Shown piece by piece: positions 11,749 to 21,624 of a stretch of DNA of 64,000 nucleotides (position 1 is the stretch's first letter; each line of letters opens with the position of its first letter). The position numbers and the translations under genes are program-made. The notes below the pieces were generated by a model. That model was not told where the DNA came from. It saw only the letters and a list, made by a program, of their open reading frames with translations, and did no database searches. This stretch comes from an uncultured Verrucomicrobiae bacterium (GTDB taxonomy: Bacteria; Verrucomicrobiota; Verrucomicrobiia; Limisphaerales; UBA11358), in the NCBI GenBank assembly GCA_963738225.1, contig CAVTVR010000007.1, positions 225,533 through 289,532 on the forward strand, in the 5' to 3' direction.

Positions 11749-13013
11749 ATGAACAATTATTTGCCGTTGGGAAAATTTTCATTTGGCATGGGCGACCGTT
11801 TCGGTCAACAGGGCAGGGCGCAATTGCGCGCCTGTGTCCTGGCCGCCGAGTCGGGCGCGGATTTGGTTCCCGTTTGGAACAAATCGAATCGCGAACACAC
11901 GTTCATCGGCACCGAGCCATCCAGCTTGCGCGCCGAAGCCGATGCCGCGGTTAAGGCGCTGGGTTGGAAACAATCTTACCATGTGGACGCCGATCATATC
12001 CGGCTCGAAACGGTGGACCGCTTCATCGCGCCGTCGGATTTTTTCACGATTGACGTGGCCGACAGCATCGGCAAACCGGCCAGCACGGCGGACGTGAAAG
12101 CGTTCACGGACCGGCATCCGGAACTCATCGGCGCCATTTCCATTCCGCACATCAGCCATCCATTTGCCATCACGCGCGCGGAAGTCGAGCGCGTCGCCAA
12201 CAAGTTTTTGCTCGCCACGCAGGACGCCGGGAAAATTTACCAGCACATCGCCAAAGCCAAGGGCGCGGAAAATTTCATCACCGAAATCTCAATGGATGAA
12301 ACCGACAGTCCGCAGACGCCACCGGAACTTTTGATTATTCTCGCGGCCATTGCCGATCAGAAAATCCCGATCCAGACCATCGCGCCCAAATTCACCGGCC
12401 GTTTCAACAAAGGCGTGGATTATGTCGGCGACGTTAAACAGTTTGAAAAGGAATTCAACGAAGACCTCGCCGTCATCGCTTTTGCGATTCAAAAATACGG
12501 CCTGCCGCCGTCGCTCAAGTTGAGCGTCCATTCCGGCAGCGACAAGTTTTCGATCTACGAGCCGATGCGCCGCGCGCTGAAGAAATTCGACGCCGGCGTC
12601 CATATCAAAACCGCCGGCACGACCTGGCTGGAAGAACTCATCGGCCTCGCTGAGGCCGGCGGCGACGGTCTGGAAATCGCCAGGGAAATTTACGCCTACG
12701 CGCTGGATCATGTGGACGAATTCTGCGCGCCCTACGCCAGCGTCATTGACATTGATAAAACCAAACTGCCCGGCGCGGCGGCGGTGAACGGCTGGAGTTC
12801 AAAACAATTTGTTTCCGCGCTGCGCCACGACCAGAAAAATCCGGCGTTCAATCCGAGCTTCCGCCAATTGCTGCACGTCAGCTTCAAAGTCGCGGCCAAA
12901 ATGAGCGGACCGTTACCTCGGATGCGCTGAAAAAGCATGAGACGATGGTCGCCAAAAACGTCACGGAAAATCTTTTCGAACGGCACATGAAACCATTATT
13001 TTTGGAAAAATAA
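11749..13013 (+). pseudogene. uxaE: Tagaturonate/fructuronate epimerase (UxaE-like), with two frame breaks near the 3' end
   Basis: The N-terminus LGKFSFGMGDRFGQQGRAQL and overall composition fit the UxaE family, and the gene sits directly upstream of uxaC. Removing one base near 12904 and one near 12921 restores ...KVAAKMADRYLDALKKHETMVAKNVTENLFERHMKPLFLEK*, ending at 13013. Confidence 0.7.
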
Positions 13014-13016
13014 TCT

Positions 13017-14427
13017 ATGGCCTTCATCCACGAAGATTTTCTGCTTAGGCAACAAGCCTGCGCGCCGGCTGTATCACAAGTTCGCCGAGGCGGAGCCGAT
13101 TTTTGACTATCACTGCCATATTCCGCCGAAAGACATCGCGGAAAACCGGCAGTTCAAAAACCTGTTTGAAATCTGGCTGGAGGGCGACCATTACAAATGG
13201 CGCGCGATGCGCAGCAACGGCGTCGCCGAAAAATTCTGCACCGGCGGCGCCACGCCGGAGGAAAAATTCAAGGCGTGGGCCAAAACCGTGCCGCACACGC
13301 TGCGCAATCCGCTCTATCATTGGACGCATCTGGAATTGAAACGCTATTTCGGCATCAGCGATTTGCTGAACGAAAAGACCGGCGCGAAAATCTGGAAGCG
13401 GGCCAACGAGAAGCTGGCCACGCCCGCGCTCACGACGCAGGGCATCCTGAAAAAATTCAAGGTCAAAGTGGTCTGCACCACGGATGACCCGGCGGATAAT
13501 CTGGAATATCATCGCGCGTTCACGAAATCCGGGCATCCGACAAAAATGCTGCCCGCGTTCCGGCCCGACAAGGCGCTGACGGTGAATCAGCCCGCCGGTT
13601 TCAACCAATGGGTCGAGCGGCTCGCCGCCGCCGCGAATACGGACATCAACGGTTTCAGCGCCTTCATCAGCGCGCTGGAAAAGCGGCACGAGTTTTTTCA
13701 TTCGCAGAACTGCCGCTTGTCCGACCACGGCTTGAACCATTGTTTCGCGGATTTTTGTTCGGAGAAAGTGGCGGCGGAAATTTTTGACAAGGCGCGCAAG
13801 GGCGAGGCGGTTTCGCCGCTGGAACATTCGCAGTTCGCCTCGTTCATGATGGTGTTCTTCGGCCAGCTTGACGCGAAACGCGGCTGGACGAAACAGCTTC
13901 ACCTCGGCGCGCTGCGCAACAACAACACGCGCCTGCTCGCGCAGCTTGGGCCGGACACGGGCTTCGATTCCATCGGCGATTTTCCGCAGGCACAGACGCT
14001 TGCGGCCTATCTGAACCGGTTGGACTCCGACAATCCGCTGCCGAAAACGATCATCTACAATTTGAATCCGGCGGACAATTACGTCTTCGCCACGATGATC
14101 GGGAATTTTCAGGACGGCACGATTCCCGGCAAGATCCAATACGGCTCCGGCTGGTGGTTTTTGGACCAGAAGGAAGGAATGGAATGGCAGCTCAACGCGC
14201 TCTCCAATCTCGGCCTGCTCTCGCGCTTCGTCGGCATGATCACCGACTCGCGGTCGTTCATGAGCTATCCGCGCCACGAGTATTTCCGCCGCACGCTTTG
14301 CAACCTCATCGGGCGCGACATCAAAAACGGCTTGATTCCCAACGACGACAAGCTCGTCGGCCCGATGATTAAAAATATCTGCTACGCCAACGCAAAAAAT
14401 TACCTGGCGTTTCCAGGCGTGAAATGA
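13017..14427 (+). pseudogene. uxaC: Uronate (glucuronate) isomerase UxaC, with one frame break near 13047
   Basis: MAFIHEDFLL (frame from the ATG at 13017) joins GNKPARRLYHKFAEAEPIFDYHCHIPPKDIAENRQFKNLFEIWLEGDHYKWRAMRSNGV once one base is skipped. DYHCH and GDHYKWRAMR are UxaC hallmarks. Confidence 0.9.
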
Positions 14428-15313
14428 AAGACGTGATGCGTGGCCAGAACCAAACCTGCCGCAGCGCACTGGTTTTCCAGGTCACGCATCGCGTTTCACT
14501 TCGCGCTGGACCGGTCTTGACGTCTCTGCGGTGACGTCTCTTTTTTTCTTTGGGCACGAACGGGCGTTGCGCCCATTTTTCCAGTTGCAATTCCGGTGTC
14601 ATTTTGAAACCAAATTCTCTCAGAAACAATTCCGCCGGCGCGAGGATGTTCACCGGCCGGCGCGTGAACGTGTCCCGGTAAGCCAGCCGCACCGCGCGCA
14701 GGCCGAGGCGAAAGCCTTTTTCCACCCGGCCGTAAAGTTCATCGCACATGATCGGGCTGCCCGATTGCGCCAGATGCACACGGATTTGATGCGTGCGTCC
14801 CGTCAAAGGACTCGCCTCGATCAACGTGAAGCGCTCGTTGCCCGCCAGCACGCGGAAATGTGTTTCCGCTTCCTTGCCTTCTTCCGAATCGTCCACGCGC
14901 ATTCGACCAAAATTTTTCGGGTCCGGTCCCAGTGGCAGTTCGCACGTCCATTCTTTTTCCAGCGGCACGCCTTCGACGACCGCGAGATAATTTTTTCCCA
15001 TCCGGCGCGACTCGAACATCTCGCCCATCGCGCGCATCGCGCCCTCGCTTTTGGCGAAGAGCATCACGCCGCTCGTGTCCGCATCCAGCCGGTGAACGTG
15101 CCGGAGGTAACGCAGATTGCGCGAGCGCGCCCAGAAATCATCCGCGCGGATGGACGAATCAATCGCCGTCTGCAAATTCCAGTTCGTCCGGCGCCATGAA
15201 TCCGGCACGAGCATCCAGCCGCGCGGCTTGTCAATCGCGATGACCGAGCGATCCTCAAACAGGATGTTGATCGGCTCGCAGCCCGGGAGTTCGATGAAAT
15301 TAGGTTTGGCCAT
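14369..15313 (-). CDS. RluA-family pseudouridine synthase (C-terminal tail suspiciously long)
   Basis: HRLDADTSGVMLFAKS (catalytic Asp motif) and GRTHQIRVHLA. A GGGCGTTGCGCCC+T-run hairpin (about 14561-14580) lies inside the 3' tail, so the true stop may be upstream of it. Confidence 0.8.
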   Translation of the reverse strand: MAKPNFIELPGCEPINILFEDRSVIAIDKPRGWMLVPDSWRRTNWNLQTAIDSSIRADDFWARSRNLRYLRHVHRLDADTSGVMLFAKSEGAMRAMGEMFESRRMGKNYLAVVEGVPLEKEWTCELPLGPDPKNFGRMRVDDSEEGKEAETHFRVLAGNERFTLIEASPLTGRTHQIRVHLAQSGSPIMCDELYGRVEKGFRLGLRAVRLAYRDTFTRRPVNILAPAELFLREFGFKMTPELQLEKWAQRPFVPKEKKRRHRRDVKTGPARSETRCVTWKTSALRQVWFWPRITSFISRLETPGNFLRWRSRYF

Positions 15314-15430
15314 TCGCAAGTTTAACGGAAGAAAATCCGTCCGCAAGTTGGCAACGAAGTTGATGGTCGCATCGCATTTTCAAGCAAACGGATTCCCGCC
15401 CAAATCCAAGATTTCGTATGCTCGATTAGA

Positions 15431-15742
15431 ATGGGAACTAGACGAACGCCGTGGTTTTGCTATGTTTCAGCCGTGCCGAACCACACCGAACGCGCGGGCC
15501 AAAACAGTCCCGCCAGAAAACCTTCGTTCGAAGAAGCGCTGCAAAAGCTCGAATCCGTCGTGGAAGCGATGGAGGCGGACGATTTGCCGCTGGAAACGTT
15601 GCTGGCGAAATATGAGGAAGGCGCGAAGCTCGTGAAAACCTGCCAGGAAAAACTGGCCGAGGCGGAATTGAAAATCCAGCAGCTCGACAAAACCGCGGCG
15701 GGCGAAATCAAATTGAAACCGTTTGAAGTGCCGGAAGAATAA
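15431..15742 (+). CDS. xseB: Exodeoxyribonuclease VII small subunit (start may be the GTG near 15473)
   Basis: SFEEALQKLESVVEAMEADDLPLETLLAKYEEGAKLVKTCQEKLAEAELKIQQL is the canonical XseB helical hairpin. The gene is adjacent to dxs, a common arrangement. Confidence 0.8.
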   Translation: MGTRRTPWFCYVSAVPNHTERAGQNSPARKPSFEEALQKLESVVEAMEADDLPLETLLAKYEEGAKLVKTCQEKLAEAELKIQQLDKTAAGEIKLKPFEVPEE

Positions 15743-15745
15743 TTC

Positions 15746-15887
15746 AGCCACAGATTTTCACAGATGAAACACAGATTTGGATTTATGTCAGGCGAAGATG
15801 CATGGCAGCGGGGAGCGTTTCTTGTTGCGGCAATTGACTGCCCGGACGAACTTTTTATCTGTGTTTCATTTGTGTTCATCTGTGGCT
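15746..15887. repeat. MITE/REP-like element with 31-nt imperfect terminal inverted repeats built from CACAGAT units
   Basis: Left arm AGCCACAGATTTTCACAGATGAAACACAGAT (15746-15776). The reverse complement of the right arm is AGCCACAGATGAACACAAATGAAACACAGAT (15857-15887). About 27 of 31 positions match. The element lies in the xseB-dxs intergenic region. Confidence 0.7.
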
Positions 15888-15898
15888 AACAAATAAAT

Positions 15899-17884
15899 AT
15901 GAGTCGTTATCTCGACATGGTGGACGCGCCGGAGCACGTCAAAAAGCTCACGATGCCGCAGTTGCAGGAACTCGCCGGCGAAATCCGCACCGAGCTGATC
16001 GAAGGTCTCGCCAAAGGCGGTGGCCATCTCGGTCCGAACCTTGGCGTGGTCGAGCTGACCATCGCGCTGCACAAGGTTTTCACCACGCCCAAGGACAAGT
16101 TCATCTGGGACGTGAGTCATCAGGTTTATGTCCACAAGATTCTTACCGGCCGCAAAAACCGTTTCCGCACGATTCGCCAGACGGACGGCTTGAACGGTTT
16201 TGCTTTGCGCACGGAGAGCGAACACGATTGCTTTGGCGCCGGCCACGCGGGCACGGCGCTGTCGGCCGCGCTCGGCATGGCGGCGGCGCGCGACAAACGC
16301 GGCACGAACGAAAACATCGTCTGCATCTTCGGCGACGCCGCGTTGACGAACGGCATTTCGTTCGAGGCGATGAATAATTTGGCGCACACGACGAAAAAAT
16401 TCATCGGCATTCTCAACGACAACGAATGGAGCATCGCCAAAAACGTCGGTGCGATTTCCGGTTACCTCAACAAGCTCATCACGAACCCGCGCTACAACCA
16501 GCTCTCGAAGGATTTTGAAAGTTTTGTGCGCCGTCTGCCGAAAGGCGAACTCGCGCTCAAGCTCGCGCATCGCGCCGAAGGCGGTTTCAAAGGCGCGCTG
16601 ACCAATGTCGGTTTGCAGCCCGTCGCCCGCGTGCCGGACGGCGATGGCCGCGGCGGTTACGGTTCGCCGGTGCTGTTCGAGGAAATGGGCCTCCGTTATC
16701 TCGGCCCGATTGACGGACACAATTTGCCGCTGCTCATCAGCACGCTGGAATTTGCCAAGCAGTGTGATCATCCGATCGTCATTCACATTTTGACGCAAAA
16801 GGGCAAGGGCTTTGAGGCCGCGCTGAAACAGCCGGAAAAATTTCACGGTCTCGGACCTTACAACGCGCAGACCGGCGAAACGCCCGCGGCCAAACCCGGC
16901 ACGCCGCCCGCCTATCAGGACGTGATGGGCCAGACGCTGGTCAAGCTCTGCCAGAGCAACGGCAACCTCGTCGGCATCACCGCCGCGATGCCCACCGGCA
17001 CCGGCATGAAACATTTGGAGAAGGCCATGCCCGACCGCTATTTCGATGTCGGCATTGCCGAGGAACACGCCGTCATCTTTGCCGCCGGCATGGCGACGAT
17101 GGGTTACCGGCCCGTCGTGGCGATTTATTCCACGTTTCTCCAGCGCGCCTACGACTGCATTCACCACGACGTTTGTTTGCAGGATTTGCCGGTGATTTTC
17201 TGCATGGATCGCGCCGGGCTTTCCGCGAACGACGGCCCGACGCACCACGGCCTGTTTGACATTTCTTATTTGCGCTGCTTCCCGAACGTCATCGCGATGG
17301 CGCCGGCCAACGAGGACGAACTGGCCGACATGATGTTCACGGCCACGAAACAAAATCATCCGGCGTTCATCCGCTATCCGCGCGGCGCGGCGGAAGGTGT
17401 GCCGGTGAAAACCGAACCGCAGTTGCTCGAAGTCGGCAAGGCGCAGGTCGTCCAGGATTTTGCCAATAACGGCCAGCGCAAGATCGCGCTGTTCGGGCTT
17501 GGCCCGATGAACGCTATCGCGTGCAAGGCCGCCGCGCAGCTCGCGACGGAAGGATTTGATGTCGCGGTCATCAACCCGCGCTTCACCAAGCCGATTGACG
17601 CCGAAGTCCACGAAAAATTGGGCCGCGAAGCGGAACTGGTCGTGACATTGGAAGACCATGTGCTGATGGGCGGCTACGGTTCTGCGGTGCTGGAACTGTT
17701 CAGCGAAAAAGCCGTGACCACGCCTGTCATCCGCATCGGCTGGCCGGATCAATTCATCGAGCACGCCACCACGCAGGACGAACTCCGCGCGAAATACGGG
17801 CTGTCCGTCGAAAACACCGTCGCCAAGGTGAAAACCCATTTTGGCGACACGACTTCCATGACGAAGCTCGTCGGTGGGGCGTAA
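15899..17884 (+). CDS. dxs: 1-deoxy-D-xylulose-5-phosphate synthase
   Basis: Full-length 661-aa protein carrying the HLGPNLGVVELTIALH motif, GHAGTALSAALGMA, the GDAALTNG thiamine-diphosphate motif, and DRAGL..NDGPTHHG. Confidence 0.97.
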   Translation: MSRYLDMVDAPEHVKKLTMPQLQELAGEIRTELIEGLAKGGGHLGPNLGVVELTIALHKVFTTPKDKFIWDVSHQVYVHKILTGRKNRFRTIRQTDGLNGFALRTESEHDCFGAGHAGTALSAALGMAAARDKRGTNENIVCIFGDAALTNGISFEAMNNLAHTTKKFIGILNDNEWSIAKNVGAISGYLNKLITNPRYNQLSKDFESFVRRLPKGELALKLAHRAEGGFKGALTNVGLQPVARVPDGDGRGGYGSPVLFEEMGLRYLGPIDGHNLPLLISTLEFAKQCDHPIVIHILTQKGKGFEAALKQPEKFHGLGPYNAQTGETPAAKPGTPPAYQDVMGQTLVKLCQSNGNLVGITAAMPTGTGMKHLEKAMPDRYFDVGIAEEHAVIFAAGMATMGYRPVVAIYSTFLQRAYDCIHHDVCLQDLPVIFCMDRAGLSANDGPTHHGLFDISYLRCFPNVIAMAPANEDELADMMFTATKQNHPAFIRYPRGAAEGVPVKTEPQLLEVGKAQVVQDFANNGQRKIALFGLGPMNAIACKAAAQLATEGFDVAVINPRFTKPIDAEVHEKLGREAELVVTLEDHVLMGGYGSAVLELFSEKAVTTPVIRIGWPDQFIEHATTQDELRAKYGLSVENTVAKVKTHFGDTTSMTKLVGGA

Positions 17885-17894
17885 AAAGTTAAAC

Positions 17895-18707
17895 ATGAAA
17901 ACATACTATTGCTTAACGGCGCTTCTTTATTTGTTGTCAGTATCGGGTTGCAAAGCAAAGGAAACCACGCTTTCAGGACAAGCGTTCATTGTCACGCGCG
18001 GAGGAAAAAATATAAAACTAGGCTTGATCGAAGTGCAATTGATTGAAAAGGATGCGGTGCGAGAATTCCTCAAAAAACGACAAGTTTCAATTGATTCAGC
18101 AATTGTGTCTCGGCAACACGAAATCGAAGTTGCGACGGCTGCTCTTCAAAAGGCGGAAAAAGCTTTTGAGTTACTCAAAACGAATGCCCCTTTGGATAAT
18201 CCTGAATACATTAAGATGCGGCTTAAAGCAGATTCGATTTTTAGGCAAAATAATTTTTCAAGCTCTCCAGAAGAACAAGTTATCCGTCAAAAACTAGGAG
18301 ATATTTCACATCAATACTCTGAACAATACATGAAATTAGGCGATAACAAGGAATATACCAAATGGGATTTAATCCATGCTCAAACAAGTTTTGACCGATT
18401 TCCAGTCGCTAATGATTACTTAAGTGACTTTATATTTCCTACCTCCCAAAGAACACTTACCGACGCCGATGGAAAATTTTCCTTTTCATATCCACAGGAC
18501 AAAACCCTCACCATTTTTGCAAAGACTGAACGCCTTGTTGGTGACAAAACTGAAAAATACTGCTGGCTGGTCAACGCGCCGGCTGGAGTTGAAAAGGGGC
18601 AAATTTTTTTGAGCAACAACAACCTCGTTTTCATAGACCCCGATAGCTATTTCAAGATAAAGCCAAAATCGGAACTCGGAGAATCCAACTCTAAAAAATC
18701 AGAATGA
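17895..18707 (+). CDS. Lipoprotein, function unknown
   Basis: MKTYYCLTALLYLLSVSGC carries a lipobox. The segment TLTDADGKFSFSYPQDKTLTIFAK resembles a carboxypeptidase-regulatory-like beta-sandwich. The sequence is AT-richer than its flanks. Confidence 0.55.
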   Translation: MKTYYCLTALLYLLSVSGCKAKETTLSGQAFIVTRGGKNIKLGLIEVQLIEKDAVREFLKKRQVSIDSAIVSRQHEIEVATAALQKAEKAFELLKTNAPLDNPEYIKMRLKADSIFRQNNFSSSPEEQVIRQKLGDISHQYSEQYMKLGDNKEYTKWDLIHAQTSFDRFPVANDYLSDFIFPTSQRTLTDADGKFSFSYPQDKTLTIFAKTERLVGDKTEKYCWLVNAPAGVEKGQIFLSNNNLVFIDPDSYFKIKPKSELGESNSKKSE

Positions 18708-18721
18708 GGGGTTGAACACGT

Positions 18722-19474
18722 ATGCGCTACAAAGACCTTTGCGACCAGATGGGCAATGCGGGTTGGTTGTCACACACCATTGCCGCCAGCAAAACAAACT
18801 ACCATGAAGGAAGCGGCGCGAAGCACTTCACAACAAAGCTGCTTCTTGAGACGCGCACTGGCCAAGCATTTCAGGCTTTGCAGTCCGTTCCAAACTTCAA
18901 TTCCGTTGGAGCTGTAAGTGCCATCATTCGCTATAACGATGAACATGGCAAACTAGAGGAGTCTGTTTTGATTGACCGCATCAACGGGCTTGTGTTGGGT
19001 CTGGATCGCAATCCAAACCTGATCGCATATCTGGATGATTTTCCTTCTGACTGCATCACTTATATTTCCACTCCGTCGTCATCTAAATCCTCAATCCCGG
19101 TTTTTCAATTTCCCGACATTGACGCTTTTGAGAATTCAGCACGAGAAGGCGCTGCCTCATTTCGGCAACATCTATATCGCGAGCGCAACCTAAAGATTGT
19201 TGTTGCCAAGCGCAAACAGGTGCTTGCAACTACTGGGCGACTTGCCTGTTCTGTGTGCGGATTCGACTTTCAGAAATTTTACGGCGCACTTGGTGCCGAA
19301 TTTTGTGAGGTTCATCATCTTTGTCCGCTCGCCGATGCCAAGGATGAGGTCGCGACCGAATTCAAAGATTTGGCCGTTGTCTGCTCCAACTGCCATCGGA
19401 TGATTCACCGAAGCAATCCATTTCTGACAATCGAACAACTTAAATCCCGGATCCAAAGCGCAGGAAATCGTTGA
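18722..19474 (+). CDS. HNH endonuclease with an uncharacterised N-terminal domain (McrA/ScoMcrA-style architecture)
   Basis: C-terminal CSVCGFDFQKFYGALGAEFCEVHHLCPLADAKD...VVCSNCHRMIH is an HNH / CxxC...CxxH zinc-finger nuclease motif. Confidence 0.8.
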   Translation: MRYKDLCDQMGNAGWLSHTIAASKTNYHEGSGAKHFTTKLLLETRTGQAFQALQSVPNFNSVGAVSAIIRYNDEHGKLEESVLIDRINGLVLGLDRNPNLIAYLDDFPSDCITYISTPSSSKSSIPVFQFPDIDAFENSAREGAASFRQHLYRERNLKIVVAKRKQVLATTGRLACSVCGFDFQKFYGALGAEFCEVHHLCPLADAKDEVATEFKDLAVVCSNCHRMIHRSNPFLTIEQLKSRIQSAGNR

Positions 19475-19810
19475 ATCGCCGCCGTTGACCTTTCTGTTTG
19501 CCGACACCCGCGCCGCCGCGCTGTGCTGCTGGAACCGCGACCACCAGCCCCACCGCGAACGCCTGGCTCCATGATTTTATCCGTCTGAAGCTGCGGAGCA
19601 GCACCCGATAGTAGCCCACAGCGCGAGCTGTGGGTTTAAGGTTCACGACGGAAAAAGCTCCGGCAGGAGCGGCAGAAAAATCACGTCCGCAAAATATTCT
19701 TCCGCCCCGTCCGGGGCTTGATTCGCTTGACGATAGTTCCCACAGTTGCACTGTGGGCTACTGTCGTCCGCCACTCCGTGGCTGACAAGGAACTGGCTTT
19801 TACGGACGCT

Positions 19811-21425
19811 TCAGGCCTTTGCCGCAGGCGCGCCGGGATAATCCATGCCCACGAGGCAAACGTCGTCGTCAAATTCGCCGTTGACGGCAAAGGCGCGGAT
19901 GACTTCGAGCAGTTCGATCGAACAGGATGCCGGGCGGATGGGTGAGGAAGTTTTTCACGTCCAGCATCAGCCGTTCCTGCGAGTAAAGCTCCTCGTTCTG
20001 GCCTTGCACTTCGTAAAGCCCGTCGGTGAACAGCATCAAAAAATCGCCGGGCGTCAGTCGTCGTTTCGGAAGTTTGATACGGCGGGTCGTCAAACAGTCC
20101 GAGCGCCGGCTGGCTGCGGCCGGTGGCGTTGGCGAGCGGTTCCACGAGCTTGGCGGAACGGCGCACCAGCAGCGGCTTGGGATGGCCGGCGTTGGCAAAG
20201 CGCAGCCGTCCGGTGCGGCAGTCGGCCACGGCGTAAAACCCGGTGGTGAGCATCGGCGAACCGGTGTTTTTCAGGATGCTGCACAAATCGAAGTTCAGCT
20301 TGCGGAGAAAATTTCCCGGATCGCGCGCCAGCGGTTTCAATTCCTCGGACAAGCGCCCGGATCATGGCCGTCACCAGCGCGGCGCGGACGCCGTGGCCGG
20401 TCACGTCGCAGATGAACACGCCGACCTCGGTGTCGGAAATGGCGGAGATGCTGAAGAAATCGCCGCTGACGGATTCCGCCGGCTCGTAGCGGTGGACAAA
20501 TTGAAAGGCGCTTTGTTCCGGCGGCGACGTTTGGCGGAAAGGTGGGATACTGCTGCGGCAGCATGGTGAGCTGGATTTCGCGCGCGGTGCGGAGGTTTTC
20601 CTCCATGAGCGAATTTTTGGTGCGCAGTTCCTCGCGGCTGCGGGACAGTTCGCCGGTGGCGCGGCGGATTTGTTCCTCGGCGCGCTTGCGTTCGGTGATG
20701 TCCTCGACCGTGCCTTCGTAGTAAAGCAGCCTGCCCTGGGCGTCGCGGACGGCGCGGCAGTTTTCCGCAATCCAGATGATGCTGCCATCCTTGCGGTAAA
20801 TTCTCGACTCGAAGCCGCTCAACGTGTCGTTCTCCTGCATGAGCCGCACAAACTCCTCGCGGCGGCCGTGCTCGACGTAAAGGCTGTCGGCGATGTCCTT
20901 GATGCTCGCCATCAGTTGCACCGGCGAGTCGTAACCGTAAATCCGCGCCAGCGCGATGTTCGCCAGCAGATAATGGCCGTTGATCGTGGTGCGGAAAATG
21001 CCTTCCACCAGATGGTCGAAGATGCCGTAGTAATTATTTTTTTCCTCGATCAGCGCCAGCCGTTCCTGCTGGCGGGCGATGGAGCAATAAATCGCGTGGC
21101 CCAGCGTCGCGGCGGACAGCTGTTCGCGGCCCAGATATTCCTGCGCGCCGCTGAACACCGCCTCGGCCAGATAATTTTCATCCTCGCCCGGCCCGATGAC
21201 CAACACCGGCAGTTGCGGCGCCTGGGTGGTGAGCGAGGTGATTTGGAACAGCGCGGAGGCGTTCGCCTGCGGCACTTCGAACAGCAGCGCGTCAAAATTA
21301 TTGGTCGCCACCATCGCCAGGCCGGCGTCCGCCGTCGGCTCGATGGTGACCTCCGCCGCCGCCACTGCCGCGCACACCAGCTCGCCGATGCGCCGGGCGG
21401 AAGTTTCATCGCCGCTGATCAGCAA
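19811..21425 (-). pseudogene. Receiver-like domain + PAS + PP2C/SpoIIE-type phosphatase (RsbU-like), with four frame breaks
   Basis: PAS segment: YGIFDHLVEGIFRTTINGHYLLANIALARIYGYD...YRKDGSIIWIAENCRAVRDAQGRLLYYEGTVEDITERKRAEE. PP2C motifs are spread over four frames (SGDFFSI, VFICDVTGHGVRAALVTAM, RFANAGHPKPLL, PGDFLMLFTDGLYEV, DDDVCLVGMDY). Junctions are near 20533, 20347, 20062 and 19920. Confidence 0.8.
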
Positions 21426-21624
21426 AATTTTGTGCGGACAGTTTCCATGTCGTTAATCCATGTCGTCAACGATTCGGGAAAAATACAATTTTCGCGCCCG
21501 CCCGCAAGCGCGTTGCGAGCGTGTCATGTAAATTTGGTCTTGCCAAACGCCGGCGTTTGGGTTTGAAATGCTTCCAGCCATAAACCCCGTTTGGAAACCA
21601 ACAACCGCATTGTGAATCCGGCTT

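Noticed and set aside
13045-14469. 474-aa minus-strand ORF. The same pattern applies to 15866..17896(-) 676 aa, 9644..11164(+) 506 aa, 31621..32631(-) 336 aa, 4731..5510(+), 20670..21566(+), 21935..22777(-) and 25269..25907(-).
   Set aside because: All lie antisense to genes with unmistakable family motifs (uxaC, dxs, integrase, helicase and others). All have Arg/Gly/Ala/His-rich, low-information composition, which is typical of shadow ORFs in GC-rich DNA.
14369-14600. Possible additional frame break in the 3' tail of the RluA-family gene
   Set aside because: The tail is unusually long, basic, overlaps uxaC and contains a terminator-like hairpin. However, I could not identify a conserved downstream segment in another frame to prove a shift.
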